The notes below the pieces were generated by a model that did no database searches, had not been told where the DNA came from, and worked only from the letters and a program-made list of their open reading frames with translations. DNA of 64,000 nt, from the NCBI GenBank assembly GCA_038087875.1, contig CM075996.1, positions 3,970,001 to 4,034,000 on the forward strand, in the 5' to 3' direction. The DNA comes from Malacoraja senta (taxonomy: Eukaryota). The stretch's first letter is position 1; every line of letters begins with the position of its first letter. Below are positions 50,401-62,857 of this stretch, piece after piece. A program made the translations under genes and the position numbers.

Positions 50401-53400
50401 TGGTAGGATGATTCAGTTGCCTGATAACAGCTGGGAAGAATCTGTCTCTGAATCTGGAGGTGTGCGTTCGTTTTCACACTTCTGCACCTTTTGCCCGATG
50501 GGGGAGGGGAGAAGAGGGAGTGGCCAGGTGCGACATGTCCTTGATTATGCTGCTGGCCTTGCCGAGGCAGCGCGAGGTGTAGATGGGGCCAGTGGGGAAA
50601 GGAGGTTGGTTTCTAAAAGAGCATGAAATAATCTTTTCGCTCTCTGTTTCGTTCACCAGGCCCATCCCTGTGAGTGAATACAAGAGTTACTACCAGCGTA
50701 TGCACGCTGACACAGACATTGGCTTTGCGGAGGAATATCAGGTATGTACAATGTATTTAAATGCTTACTGTGAACACTTGAGGTCATAAGGTAATAAGTG
50801 ATAGGAGTAGAATTAGGCCATTCAGCCCATCAAATCTACTCCGCCATTCAATCATGGCTGAGCTAACTCTCCCTCCTAACCCCATTCTCTTGCCTTCTCC
50901 TCATAACCTCTGACACCTGTACTAATCAAGAATCTATCTATCTCTGCCTTAAAAAATATCCATTGATGGCCTCTATGGAATTGCACAGATTCACCACTGT
51001 CTAAAGAAATTTCTCATCTCCTTCCTAAATGTGCGTCCTTTAATTCTGAGGCTATGACCTCTAGTTCTTCTCCGCATAATCTCTGACACCAGTACTAATC
51101 AAAGTCTTCCTTAACTAGTTTTAGTTCTAGAGTTACAGCCTGCAAACAGCCCACTGAGTCTGCACCGACCAGCGAACCCCGCACACTTCTTCTTCTTGCG
51201 TATGGCGTGCACAGCCTAAAGTTGCACACTAACACTATCCTACACCAGGGACAATTTTTACATTTGCACCAAGCCAATCAACCTACAAACCTGAACGTCT
51301 ATGGAGTGCGGGAGGAAACCGAAGTTCTCAGAGATAACCCACGCAGGTCACGGGGAGAACGTTAAAAAACTCCGTACAGACCCGTACCCGAGGCCAGGAT
51401 CGAACCAGGGTCGCCCTTATGTTACAACCATTCCCAAAATGTCACCAAAGAACTTGAGCAGGCCAAGTGCACGGTTTATCCTTGCATGATGCTGTGGACA
51501 GCGTTGGTCCTAGAATGGATTTCTAATAATGTTATGCTGTGCAATAGGTTTCCGTTCTGCCTTCTTAACTGACGAACAATCTCTTCTCAATTCATTGCAG
51601 TCTCTGGCAAGTGTGGGCACAAACCAGTCTAAAGAAGCATTCCAGCTCACAGATAACAAAGTCAAGAACCGATACACGAACATCTTCCCATGTGAGTACT
51701 GCGTTTGGCATTTAGTCTAGTCTAGTTTAGTTTGGAGATACAGCGCGGAAACAGGCCCCTTCGGCCCACCGAGTCCGCACCGACCCGCGATCCCCGCACA
51801 TTAACACTACCCGACACACACTAGGGACAATTTACACTTGTACCAGGTAGACAAAAATGCTGGAGAAACTCAGCGGGTGAGGCAGCATCTATGGAGCGAA
51901 GGAAATAGGCGACGTTTCGGGTCGAGACCCTTCTTCAGATTGCAGTCTGCCTTCGATTTTCCAGCATCTGCAGTTCCTTCTTGAACATAGTGACTTGTAC
52001 CAAGCCAATTAACCTACAAACCTGCACGTCTTTGGAGTGTGGGAGGAAACCGAAGATCTCAGAGAAAACCCACACAGGTCACGGGGAGAACGTACAAACT
52101 CCACACAGACAGCACCCGTAGTCGGGATTGAACCAGGGTCTCTGGTGCTGCAAGCGCCGTAAGGCAGCAACTCTACCCCTGCACCACCGTGCCGCCCAAC
52201 ATTTACTAAGTAACTCTGAAGATCTAGGCAATGGCCCTTCCACCTGCTTCTCTCCTCCCTTGTGGACACACTGGCAGGATTCCACACAGACATCCAGGTT
52301 GCTAAACACTTTCATTCTTCTTCCCATTCCCACACTGACCTTTCTGTCCTGGGCCTCCTCCATTGTCAGAGTGAGGCCCAGCGCAAATTGGAGGCACAAC
52401 AACTCGCATTTCGCTTGAGCAGCTTACAACCCAATGGTATGAGCTTTGATATCTCTAACTTCAAGTAACCCTGGCATTCCCTCTCTCTCTATCCCTTCCC
52501 CACCCAAGTCGCACCAGCTTCTCGTATTCACCCTCCAAACAGCCACCAATGACCAGTTTCCCTTATCATCGTTACTATTTTGCATATTTTTCATTCATTG
52601 TTCTTCACCTCTCCACATCATCGTCTATATCTCTCGTTTCCCTTTCCCGTGACTATCAGTCTGAAGAAGGGTCTCGACCCGAAACGTCACCCATTCCTTC
52701 TCTCCAGAGATGCTGCCTGTCTTGCTGAATTACTCCAGCTTTTTGTGTCTATCTTCAGACATATCAGCAACTCCCTACACCAGTCTGTGGTTCCTACTTG
52801 CTTTAAGAAGACAACTAACAATACTAACAATATTAACATTTAAGACACTGCGGTGGGGGCCAAGTCAGTGGATATTTTTAAGGCAGAGATATAGATTCTT
52901 GATTGGTACAAGGTGTCAGTGGCTATGGGGAGAAGGCAGGAGAATGAGGTTAAGAGGGAGAGATAGATCATCCATGATTGAATGGCGGAGTAGACTTGAT
53001 GGGCCGAATGGCCTTATTCTGCTCCTTGCACTTTTGAGCTTATGAACAATAGACAATAGGTACAGGAGTAGGCCATTCGGCCCTTCGAGCCAGCACCGCC
53101 ATTCAATGCAATCATGGCTGATCATCCCCAATCAGTACCCCGTTCCTGCCTTCTCCCCATATCCCCTGACTCCGCTATCTTTAAGAGCCCTAACTAGCTC
53201 TCTCTTGAAAGCATCCAGAGAACCTTCCTCCACCGCCCTCTGAGGCAGAGAATTCCACAGACTCACCACTCTCTATGAGAAAAAGTGTTTCCTCGTCTCC
53301 GTTCTAAATGGCTTACTCCTTATTCTTAAATGTGGCCCCTGGTTCTGGACTCCCCCAACATCAGGAACATGTTTCCTGCCTATAGCGTGTCCAAACCCTT

Positions 53401-56400
53401 AACAATCTTATATGTTTCAATGAGATCCCCTCTCATCCTTCTAAACTCCAGAGTGTACAAGCCCAGCCGCTCCATTCTCTCATCATATGACAGTCCCGCC
53501 ATCCCGGGAATTAACCTTGTAAACCTACGCTGCACTCCCTTAATAGCAAGAATGTCCTTCCTCAAATTAGGGGACCAAAACTGCACACAATACTCCAGGT
53601 GTGGTCTCACTAGGGCCCTGTACAACTGCAGAAGGACCTCTTTGCTCCTATATTCGATTCCTCTTGTTATAAAGGCCAACATGCCATTCGCTTTCTTCAC
53701 TGCCTGCTGTACCTGCATGCTTACTTTCATAGACTGATGTACAAGGACCCACAGATCCGGTTGTACTTCCCCCTTTTCCCAACTTGACGCCATTTAGAAT
53801 AAACTCCACACAGACAGCACTGGAGGTCCAGATTGAATCCAGTTGGTTGAAGGTGTGAGGGTGGTAGCTCCAGGCCACTGTACCACCCAATAGATAAGGA
53901 TAAATTCAATGGATGTGGACATAACTGGCAAGATCTGAGTATATTGTCCAATTTAGTTGCTCTTAAACACACTGGTTTGCTGTGGGGCTATTCCTGACAG
54001 CAGTAAACCATTTGTGGGAAAGAACTGCAGATGCTGATTTTAATCGAAGAGAGACCCAAAATGCTGGGGGGGGAAATGAAGGAATGGGTGACGTTTCGGG
54101 TCGAGGCCCTTCAGTCTGAAGAAGGATCTCGGCCCAAAACGTCACCCATTCCCTCCTCTCCAGAAATGCTCCAGCATTTTGTGTCTATCAGCAGTAAATC
54201 AGGAATCAGTCTTTTTTTAAAAAAAAGATTAAATTCTTTATTTCGAACAGAATAGAAGAATAAAAAGCAAGTGTGAAACAGCATACAAAAAACACAAAAA
54301 ACTAAACAAGAATATTTATAAAGTGTCATAAACAATATCTATAAATAAATGAATAGTGAGTTAAATATACAAGGCATGCCAAATTTGCCTTCCTGAAGCA
54401 TGTTCATGAACTAGGTGGGCCTTTACAGCAATCCAGCGATTTCAAAGTCACCATTTTTGATGTGTAGGAAGGAACTGCAGATGCTGATTGAAACCAATAG
54501 ACACAAAAAGCTGGAGTAACTCAGCGGAGAGAAGGAAAGGGTGACGTTTCGGGTCGAGACCCTTCTTCAGACGTCTCGACCTGAAACATGACCTATTCCT
54601 TTTCTCCTGAGATGCTGCCTGGCCCGCTGTGTTACTCCAGCTTTTTGTGTCTTAACACATTTCTTGATGTTTGCATCTATTTCAGATGTATTTAACAGGA
54701 CTTAAATTCATCATCTGTGGTGTTTAAGTTCTATTTTCCAAATCCTGACATCTGGATACTAATCAGGAAGACAATAGACAATAGGCGCAGGAGCAGGCCA
54801 TTCGGCCCTTCGAGCCAGCACCGCCATTCAATGTGATCATGGCTGATCATCCTCAATCAGTACCCCGTTCCTGCCTTCTCCCCATATCCCCTGACTCTGC
54901 TATTTATAAGAGCCCTATCCAGCTCTCTCTTGAAAGCATCCAGAGAACCTGCCTCCACCGCCCTCTGAGGCAGAGAATTCCACACTCACCACTCTCTGTG
55001 AGAAAAAGTATTTCCTCGTCTCCGTTCTAAATGGCTTACCCCTTATTCTTAAACTGTGGCCCCTGGTACCTACGATGTTACCACAGCAAAGATATTATGA
55101 TATATTCATACTCATACATACTTTATTAGTCAAATATGTTTTACAACCTACGAGGAAATTGATTTGCCACATAGTCAGACTAATAAAAAGCAACAGAACA
55201 CTCAAAACACATTTTAACATAAACATCCACCACAGTGACTCCTCCACATTCCTCACTGTGATGGAAGGCGAAAAAATAGTTCAATCTCTTCCCGTCTTTG
55301 TCCTCGAGGCGGGCCTCCTCGTCGGGGTGATCAAGTGCCACCCGGTGGTATATATAGGGAAAAGAAGGATCAATGAATGGGTCTGTGGGGCTGAATGGCC
55401 TTTCACTGTTTCTGAGTTCAGTTTAGTTTATTGTCACGTGTACCGAGGTACAGTGAAAAGCTTTTGTTGCGTGCTATCCATCAGAAAGACAATGTATGAT
55501 TCCAATTGAGCCATTTACTGTACAGCGTAGTGATATGTGATAAGGGAATAAAGTTTAGAGCAAGGTAAAGCCAGCAAAGTCTGATTAAGGATAGTCCGAG
55601 GGTCACTAATGAGGTAGATGGTAAACATAGAAACATAGAAAATAGGTGCAGGAGGAGGCCATTCAGCCCTTCGAACATGGCTGATCGTCCCCAATCAATA
55701 ACCCGTGCCTGCCTTCTCCCCATAGCCCTTGACTCCACTAGCCCCTAGAGCTCTATCTAACTCTCTCTTAAATCCATCCAGTGACTTGGCCTCCACTGCC
55801 CTCTGTGGCAGGGAATTCCACAAATTCACAACTCTCTGGGTGAAAACGTTTTTTATCATTGTTCTTTCATATTCTTCATTGTTATTCATTGCTCTTTATC
55901 TCTCTACATCATCGTCTATATCCCTCATTTCTGAAGAAGGTAGTTCAGGACTCCTCTCTGGTTATGGTAGGATGGTTCAGTTGCCAGATTGCACTCATGA
56001 CTTTTTCCAGGATAAGTCGGGGCCCAACACGCTGGTAGCTTGCTCAGTTCCAGTCTTAATAAGTAAACGAAAAAGGCAAAACAAGACGCACTCAACTCAT
56101 TCTGCTAATTTATCGAATTTAACACCCATTCCTCATCAGCAGATAATGATTTTAACACACTAAACCTAGCTTTATTAAATGTCAGGTCTTTGGCAGGAAA
56201 AACATTTTTAATCAATGATTTTATTATCAGCCACGATCTTGATTGTTTGTTCTTAACTGAAACCTGGTTAGATCAAAACAACAGTGCTGCTGTTCTTATT
56301 GAATCAACTCCTCCCAACTTCAGTTTTATAAGTGAGGCCAGAGTGCATCAGAAAGCAGGAGGAGTGGCTGTTCTGTTTAATGATTCCCTCCAATGCAAGC

Positions 56401-59400
56401 AGATATCTTATGGAAACTTTGCCTCCTTTCAATATGTGGCTGTTAAGTTGAACCCTTCTTCCTGAGTTATGTTCCTAAATGTCTACAGGCCACCTAAATA
56501 CTGTGCAGCCTTTTTTGACGGATTTTCTGAACTACTGTCTACAATCTGCATTGACTTTGACTGTGTAGTTATTGTTGGTGATTTTAACATTCATGTTGAC
56601 AAACTCCATGACAAAGGGACTGAAGAACTGTATTGTGTCATTGATAACTATGGACTGAATCAGCATGTGACGGAGCCCAAAGGTCACACTCTGGACTTAG
56701 TCATGTCCAAGGGTGTTAGCATTTCTAAGGTTGTTGTGACTGATGCTGCCCTCTCTGATCATTCCCGTGTTTTCTTTGAGAGTGCTATCTCTGTGCAGAC
56801 TAATGTTCAAAGAAAAGTAATCAGAAAACGGTACATAACAGAACACACCTGTGGAACATTTATTCAGGCTTTCTCCTCCACGCCCACTCTCCCCTGGGTC
56901 TCAGTAAATGAGCTTGTCGATAATTTCAATGTGAAAATTACAAATATTATTGATGGCATTGCACCCACTAAGGTGAAAGTGGTCCCTGGCAAAAAGAAGT
57001 CTCCATGGAGAAACGCCACATTGGTAAAAATTGAAAAAAGAGAGTGTCGGAAAGCTGAACGTAGGTGGCGGAAAACAAATCTCCAGGTTCACTTTTACAT
57101 CTATAAAGAAAGACTTCGCATCTACAACTTGGAACTGAGAAATGCAAGGCAATCCTTCTTCTCTGACATCATTGCCAAAAACAATAATAATGCGCGGGCC
57201 TTGTTTACTACTGTCGACAGGCTAACAAACCCTCCTGTGTTAGTAGCCCCTGAACTGCTTTCCACAAGGGCCTGTAATGAATTTGCCTCCTTCTTCACCG
57301 ACAAAATTCAGAAAATTAGGCAAGCAGTCAGTGCCTCCACATCAGGTGCAGGACATGTGTTGCCCATGTGTCCACTTATAATCAATTCAAATACCATGAC
57401 ACAATTTTATGTTATAACCATAAAACCTTGGAGGACATTATACAACATTTGAAATCCTCCTCCTGCTGCCTCGATATTCTACCAACAGGCCTTTTCAAAG
57501 GTGTATCAAACTGCAAGACCTCAGACCTTCTACAGATTGTAAACACGTCCCTTCTCTCAGGTGTCTTCCCACAGGCCCTGAAAACTGCTGTTATCAAGCC
57601 TCTCTTAAAAAAGAAGAACTTAGACACTTCACTACTGAACAATTACAGACCAATATCAAACCTCCCATTTCTCAGTAAAATCATTGAAAAAGCTGTTTTT
57701 AAGCAGCTGAACAATTTCATGTTAATGAACAGCAGTTTTGATGTCTTCCAGTCAGGATTTAGACCACACCACAGCACCGAGACGGCTCTTGTTAAGGTCT
57801 TCAATGACATTCACTTAAACACAGACAATGGCAAAATTTCAGTCTTCGTATTACTAGATCTCAGTGCTGCATTCGACACAGTCGATCACAACATATTACT
57901 AGACCATCTGGAAAACTGGGTGGGGCTTTCGGGCACAGCATTAAAATGGTTTGAATCCTACTTGAAGGACAGGGACTACTTTGTGTCTATAGGTAATTAC
58001 ACATCTGAGCGTGCAAAAATTACATGTGGAGTTCCCCAGGGCTCCATTCTGGGGCCTCTTCTGTTTAACATCTACATGCTTCCACTGGCTCAGATCATGA
58101 AAAACATCAAAATATGTTACCATAGTTACGCAGACGACACACAAATCTACATAACAATATCACCAGGAGACTATAGTCCAATACAAGCACTGAGTAGATG
58201 CATTGAGCAAATCAACGATTGGATGAACCAGAATTTTCTCCAATTAAACAAAGAAAAAACTGAAATAATTGTTTTTGGAGCCAAGGAAGAACGATTAAAA
58301 GTTAGCACCCAGCTTCAAATGGTAATGCTAAAAACAACAAACCAAGCCAGAAACTTAGGAGTAGTCATGGACTCAGACCTGAACTTCAACAGCCACATAA
58401 AAACAGTCACGAAGTCAGCCTACTATCACCTAAAGAATATATCAAGGATTAAAGGACTTATGTCTCAGCAGGATTTGGAAAAACTTGTCCATGCATTTAT
58501 CTTCAGCAGGCTCGACTACTGTAACAGTGTCTTTACAGGTCTCCCTAAAAAGGCGATCAGACAGCTGCAGTTAATTCAGAACGCTGCTGCTTGAGTCCTC
58601 ACTAAGACCAAAAAAGTAGATCACATTACTCCAGTTCTGAGGTCTTTACACTGGCTTCCTGTCTGTCAAAGAATTGATTTCAAAATACTACTGTTGGTTT
58701 ACAAAGCACTGAATGGTTTAGGGCCAAAATACATTTCTGATCTTCTGCTTAGCTACGAACCACCCAGACCTCTCAGATCGTCTGGGACAGGTCTGCTCTG
58801 TGTCCCCAGAGTCAGAACTAAACATGGAGAGGCAGCATTTAGTTTTTATGCACCACATATCTGGAACAAACTCCCAGAAAACTGCAGGTCTGCTGCAACT
58901 CTCAGCTCTTTTAAATCTAGACTGAAGACATTTCTGTTTGCCGCTGCCTTTCAGTAAACAATACAATTTATTAATTACCTATACTGCACTGTAACTTCTA
59001 TTCCTGGTTTTATTCTATTTTAAATATTTTATTTGATTGTTTTAATTTTGTAATTATTTTATCTGAATAATCTAATAATCATTTTATATCTAAATGTCAT
59101 TTTATATGTGTTTCTTTCAAATGTTTTATGTAAAGCACTTTGAATTACCTTGTGGTTGGAAGGTGCTATACAAATAAACTTGGCTTGCCTTGATAACAGC
59201 TGGGAAGAAACTGACCCTGAATCTGGAGATGTGCGTTTTCGCACTTCTGTACCTTTTGCCCGATGGGAGAGGGGAGAAGAGGGAGTGGCCGGGGTGGCAG
59301 GAATAATGTCTTCTTGTTACGGTTGGCAGGTGACAAGGGTGAGTTCTACCTGGTCGGTGCATAAGATGGCTTCTCGTTCCAATGACATTATTTTTCTCCT

Positions 59401-61013
59401 CTCTTGCCTCTTTCAGACGATGCCACTCGAGTTAAGCTTGGTCGCCAGCCTGATAGCAGCTATTCCGACTACATCAATGCAAGCTACATGCCTGTGAGTT
59501 TTCACACACTGAAGGCCAAAGATCCTATAGCGGAGCAAGATAGACCACTCCTGCTAAATGCAATGGGCTGACGTGTAGTACGCAACGGAACGGAACGTGG
59601 GCCTTTTTTTCATCCATTTCCGTAACCCGACCCGACCCGACTCGCAGTGTGATCAACGTTGCGGGGGAACAGTTTGTGTTAATAAATTATAATTCTGAAA
59701 ATGAGGAGAAGATTTTTACCAAATAACTTTTATTTTTACGAGGATGTTTCCGTAACCGGCTTCCGTCTCCGCACTAGTATCCTATGGGATCTTTGGTGCG
59801 GAGACGGAAGCCGGTTACGGAAATGGGGCCGAAAAGTACCCATGAATCTGCCCATGACCGTACTACGTCTTTTTCGTCGAGTGGACTATCTTGCTTGCTA
59901 TAGGGTCTTTGTTCTGTAATAGTAGAACCCACCAACCCAAACATTCACAGCAGAAAGATCTGCGATATAGTGTTTATCCCCCCTCCCCCCCACCACCAAA
60001 GTCGCACCAGCTTCTCGTTTTCACCCAACAAACAGTTAACAATGGCCCTTTTCCTTTATCATCATTACTTGTTTGCACATCTTTAATTCATTGTTCTTTA
60101 TCTCTCTACATCATCGTCTATATCTCTCATTTCCCTCATCCCTTACTAGTCTGAAGAAGGAATGGGTGAAGTTTCAGAGTGTGAAGAAGGGTCTCGACCC
60201 AAAACGTCACCCATTCCTTCTCTCCAGAGATGCTCGCCTGTCCCGCTAAGTTACTCCAGCTTTTTGTTACTCAAACAGCAATAACTCACCGTGTCTGGTA
60301 CAAGAACACATTGAGGTCATACTAGGTGTTCCACTTAACCCGTAAAGTTACTCTTACACCTAAACGCACCATCTGTTCAGTACCTGTCAGATGAATGAAT
60401 TCACTGGTTGAGTTCAGTTTAGTTTAGAGATACCGCGCGGAAACAGGCCCTTCGGCCCACCAAGTCCACGCCGACCACAGATCCCCGGGGGCACACTAAC
60501 ACTATCCTGCATTTCCGACAATTTGCATTTCTGCCAAACCAATTAACCTACAAACCTGTCCGTCTTTGGAGTGTGGGAGAAAACCGAAGATCCCGGCGAA
60601 AACCCACGGGGAGAACAAACGTACAAACTCCGTACAGACAGCAGCCGTGGTCAGGATCGAACCCGAGTCTTTGGCGCTGTAAGGCAGTAACTGTACCACT
60701 GTGCCACCGTGCCTAAGTGCTAGTTGATTACCCTCATCCAGATCCCATCCCTTGCCCCTACACCCTTCCCTCCCATTCTAAATATCTTACCTCTGATATT
60801 CCAGCCAGGAGTGTATCTCTTGGTGTTTTGTTGAGATCCGCTAGTTTCTCTTCACCGTTTCCCGCTCATTTCTCACAGGGTTACCATCTCGATAAGGCGT
60901 TCATTGCTACCCAGGGACCCCTGCCGAATACAGTGGTGGACTTCTGGCGAATGGTTTGGGAGCAGAAGACTAAGGTCATCGTCATGCTGGCCAACTGTGT
61001 GGAACTAAATCGG
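17445..61013 (+). CDS. PTPRH: Receptor-type tyrosine-protein phosphatase, R3 subtype, PTPRH/SAP-1-like (partial: exon 1 not found, 3' end beyond window)
   Basis: 12 phase-1 FN3 exons, then directly a TM exon, then [25 protein letters not shown] and DFWRMVWE motifs, with consistent splice phases. The last FN3 (C..S.GY.V...W..P.G...GLQPGRKY...C.T) abuts the TM without the extra juxtamembrane domain of PTPRJ, which favours PTPRH. Orthology is inferred, not tested. Confidence 0.85.
18126..18518. mobile_element. hAT-like MITE (copies at 34806-35206 and 59517-59911)
   Basis: Imperfect TIRs CAAAGATCCTATAGCGGAGCAAG / CTTGCTCGCTATTGGGTCTTTG; 8-bp TSD CTTCAGAC. Confidence 0.85.
20477..21178 (+). mobile_element. 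CR1 LINE 3' fragment with a nested LINE tail (about 20512-20717, TSD gatgtt), ending at the FN3 exon 1 acceptor
   Basis: [16 protein letters not shown]...[14 protein letters not shown]. Confidence 0.85.
21189..21467 (+). CDS. PTPRH-like FN3 exon 1
   Basis: 279 nt, taacag acceptor, gtaagt donor; PSPVTGL...W...Y.V...GLQPG..Y. Confidence 0.9.
22904..23182 (+). CDS. PTPRH-like FN3 exon 2
   Basis: 279 nt, phase 1-1, same splice context, open frame. Confidence 0.92.
24127..24405 (+). CDS. PTPRH-like FN3 exon 3
   Basis: 279 nt, phase 1-1, open frame. Confidence 0.92.
27733..28011 (+). CDS. PTPRH-like FN3 exon 4
   Basis: 279 nt, phase 1-1, open frame. Confidence 0.92.
28038..28543. mobile_element. 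PIF/Harbinger-like MITE
   Basis: Inverted arms of about 130 bp, termini AGGGCCTGTCC / GGGACAGGCCTT, TAA TSD; empty site cagTAActgctcc is present after the other FN3 exons. Confidence 0.92.
28739..30083. mobile_element. Non-autonomous hAT-like DNA element inserted in a CR1 tail
   Basis: Termini CAGGGCTC / GAGCCCTG; interrupts the ggtgcagg...aggc...ttcggccc consensus; TSD degenerate. Confidence 0.6.
30084..30705 (-). mobile_element. CR1 LINE fragment
   Basis: [18 protein letters not shown]...[10 protein letters not shown]. Confidence 0.9.
31649..31927 (+). CDS. PTPRH-like FN3 exon 5
   Basis: 279 nt, phase 1-1, open frame. Confidence 0.92.
33358..33636 (+). CDS. PTPRH-like FN3 exon 6
   Basis: 279 nt, phase 1-1, open frame. 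Confidence 0.92.
35946..36224 (+). CDS. PTPRH-like FN3 exon 7
   Basis: 279 nt, phase 1-1, open frame. Confidence 0.92.
37031..37309 (+). CDS. PTPRH-like FN3 exon 8
   Basis: 279 nt, phase 1-1, open frame. Confidence 0.92.
37450..37960. mobile_element. hAT-like MITE inserted in a SINE tail
   Basis: TIRs TCGGGTGGCCAACT / AGTTGGCAACCCTA; perfect 8-bp TSD GATACAGC. Confidence 0.85.
38589..38920. mobile_element. Harbinger-like MITE (duplicate at about 40931-41262) inside a Penelope remnant
   Basis: TIRs of about 45 bp CCCTGTCCCACTGTACGAGTTCATTC / GAATGAACTCGTACAGTGGGACAGGG, with TTA on the right flank. Confidence 0.8.
39302..39579 (+). CDS. PTPRH-like FN3 exon 9 (278 nt; 1-nt deletion near 39491, probably a sequencing error)
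   Basis: Reads gggctcttcc where its twin reads gggctgcttcc; splice sites intact. Confidence 0.7.
41645..41922 (+). CDS. PTPRH-like FN3 exon 10 (278 nt; 1-nt deletion near 41681; twin of exon 9)
   Basis: Reads aacaggca where exon 9 reads aacagggca; lies inside the 2.34-kb tandem duplication. Confidence 0.6.
43371..43649 (+). CDS. PTPRH-like FN3 exon 11 (divergent)
   Basis: 279 nt, [21 protein letters not shown]...NLVPGVQY...VVNAT, AG/GTAAGT boundaries. Confidence 0.92.
45304..45576 (+). CDS. PTPRH-like membrane-proximal FN3 exon 12
   Basis: 273 nt, [21 protein letters not shown]...GLQPGRKY...NCLTTSQ, two Cys, donor GTGAGT. Confidence 0.9.
45690..46540 (-). mobile_element. Rex1/Babar-type LINE 3' fragment
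   Basis: ELIVDFRR...VESFKFLG...[13 protein letters not shown]...[11 protein letters not shown]...[10 protein letters not shown]. Confidence 0.85.
47670..47763 (+). CDS. PTPRH-like transmembrane exon
   Basis: [25 protein letters not shown] followed by basic HKGRRQR; phase 1 to 2. Confidence 0.92.
48372..48910 (+). mobile_element. CR1 LINE 3' fragment
   Basis: RFTRLIPG...[15 protein letters not shown]; (tattgtc)n tail. Confidence 0.92.
49026..49079 (+). CDS. PTPRH-like juxtamembrane exon ([17 protein letters not shown])
   Basis: 54 nt, phase 2-2, ttccag acceptor, GTAGGT donor; fits between the TM and wedge exons. Confidence 0.7.
50660..50741 (+). CDS. PTPRH-like wedge-region exon
   Basis: 82 nt, [27 protein letters not shown]. 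Confidence 0.93.
51601..51691 (+). CDS. PTP domain exon (KNRY motif)
   Basis: 91 nt, SLASVG...[12 protein letters not shown]. Confidence 0.95.
52293..52757 (+). mobile_element. Penelope-like element 3' remnant: GIY-YIG C-terminus, 3' UTR and hammerhead-bearing terminal repeat
   Basis: [20 protein letters not shown]...RKLE.Q.L.FRL.SLQPNGM. Related pieces at 38431-38530, 40773-40870, 18690-18810(-) and 63840-63945(-). Confidence 0.8.
52661..52688 (+). ncRNA. Minimal type I hammerhead ribozyme-like motif (representative copy)
   Basis: CTGAAGA-A-GGGTC-TC-GACCC-GAAA-CG-TC: CUGANGA and GAAA core boxes, stem II, GUC triplet. Activity untested. Confidence 0.6.
53045..53800 (-). mobile_element. CR1 LINE fragment
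   Basis: [43 protein letters not shown]. Confidence 0.92.
55990..59191 (+). mobile_element. L2-clade LINE with near-complete ORF2 (APE endonuclease + RT), mildly decayed
   Basis: LLNVRSL...[75 protein letters not shown]. Stops at 56463 and 58592, frameshift near 57400, AATAAA and short tail. Splits a Rex1-like fragment (cagttgcc.gat | aacagctggg). Confidence 0.95.
59417..59493 (+). CDS. PTP domain exon (DYINAS motif)
   Basis: 77 nt, YDATRVKL...[10 protein letters not shown]. Confidence 0.95.
60879..61013 (+). CDS. PTP domain exon (IATQGP / DFWRMVWE motifs)
   Basis: 135 nt, [45 protein letters not shown], donor GTAAGT. Confidence 0.96.
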
Positions 61014-61424
61014 GTAAGTCATTCGTTCTAGCTTTCCTAAGGTCACAGGTTCACAAGTGATCGGAGCAGAATTAACCCATTCGGCCCACCAAGTCTACTC
61101 CGCCATTCAATCGTGACTGATCTATCTCTCCCTCCTAACCCCACTCTCCTGCCTTCACCCCGTAACCCCTGACACCCGCACTAATCAAGAATCACAAAGG
61201 CTGCCAGCATCGTCAGAGACCCACGCCATACTGGCCACAAACTCATTTCACCACCGCCATCGGGAAGAAGGTACAGGAGCCTGGAAACTGTAACGTCCAG
61301 ATTCAGGGACAGCTGCTTCCCCACACCCATCAGGCTATTAAACACTACAACCTCATATAGGCTCTGAACTACATAGACCTGGTGTAATTGGTTTTGTCTT
61401 TTTGCACATTTGTTGTTTGTTTTT

Positions 61425-62122
<698 letters not shown>

Positions 62123-62857
62123 TCTACTCCGCCATTCAATCATGGCTAATCTATCTCTCCCTCTCAACCCCATTCTCCTGCCTGTTTCTCATTCATTATA
62201 TCGTTCACAGAGCACTATGAACACATATTCTGTTGTGCTGCCGCAAGTAAGAATTTCATTGTTCTATCTGGGGCACATGACAATAAAACACTCTCGACCA
62301 AAGCCATAGTGACGATGGAGTGTTGGATGTGTGTGGACGTTAGATTTGTGTGCTGACCCAGTGTTTGGGTCTGGAACTCTGGTCTCCAACTATCTTGGTT
62401 CTTCTTGGTTCTTGGTTTCTTGGTCCTCCAAAATATTCCATATGGAATTTAAACTGGAGGTGGTATCAGGAGGCACAGTGAGGTGCTTGATACTGAAATA
62501 ATTCTGTCGCAAGGAGCAGAATAATGACACTTGTTCGCATTGAGTACCACTCCACATTGCGATGAGTGTTGTGTAGCCAACTCCTTCTCCTTGACCACTG
62601 TCCCGACCTGTTATTCCGCGAGAGACAAAATGCTGGAGTAACTCAGCGGGACAGGCAGCACCTCGGGAGAGAAGGAATGGGTGGCGTTTCGGGTCGAGAC
62701 CCTTCTTCAGACTGCGAGTCAGGGGAGAGGGAGTCAGAGAGATATGTGGAAGGGTAAGGTGTGAAAAGGACAGATCAAAGCAGACGGTGATCAAGGAAAT
62801 GCAGAATGGCTCATTGTTGGCGGAGGGCAAGGTGACAAGGAGGCAGACAATCAGTAA

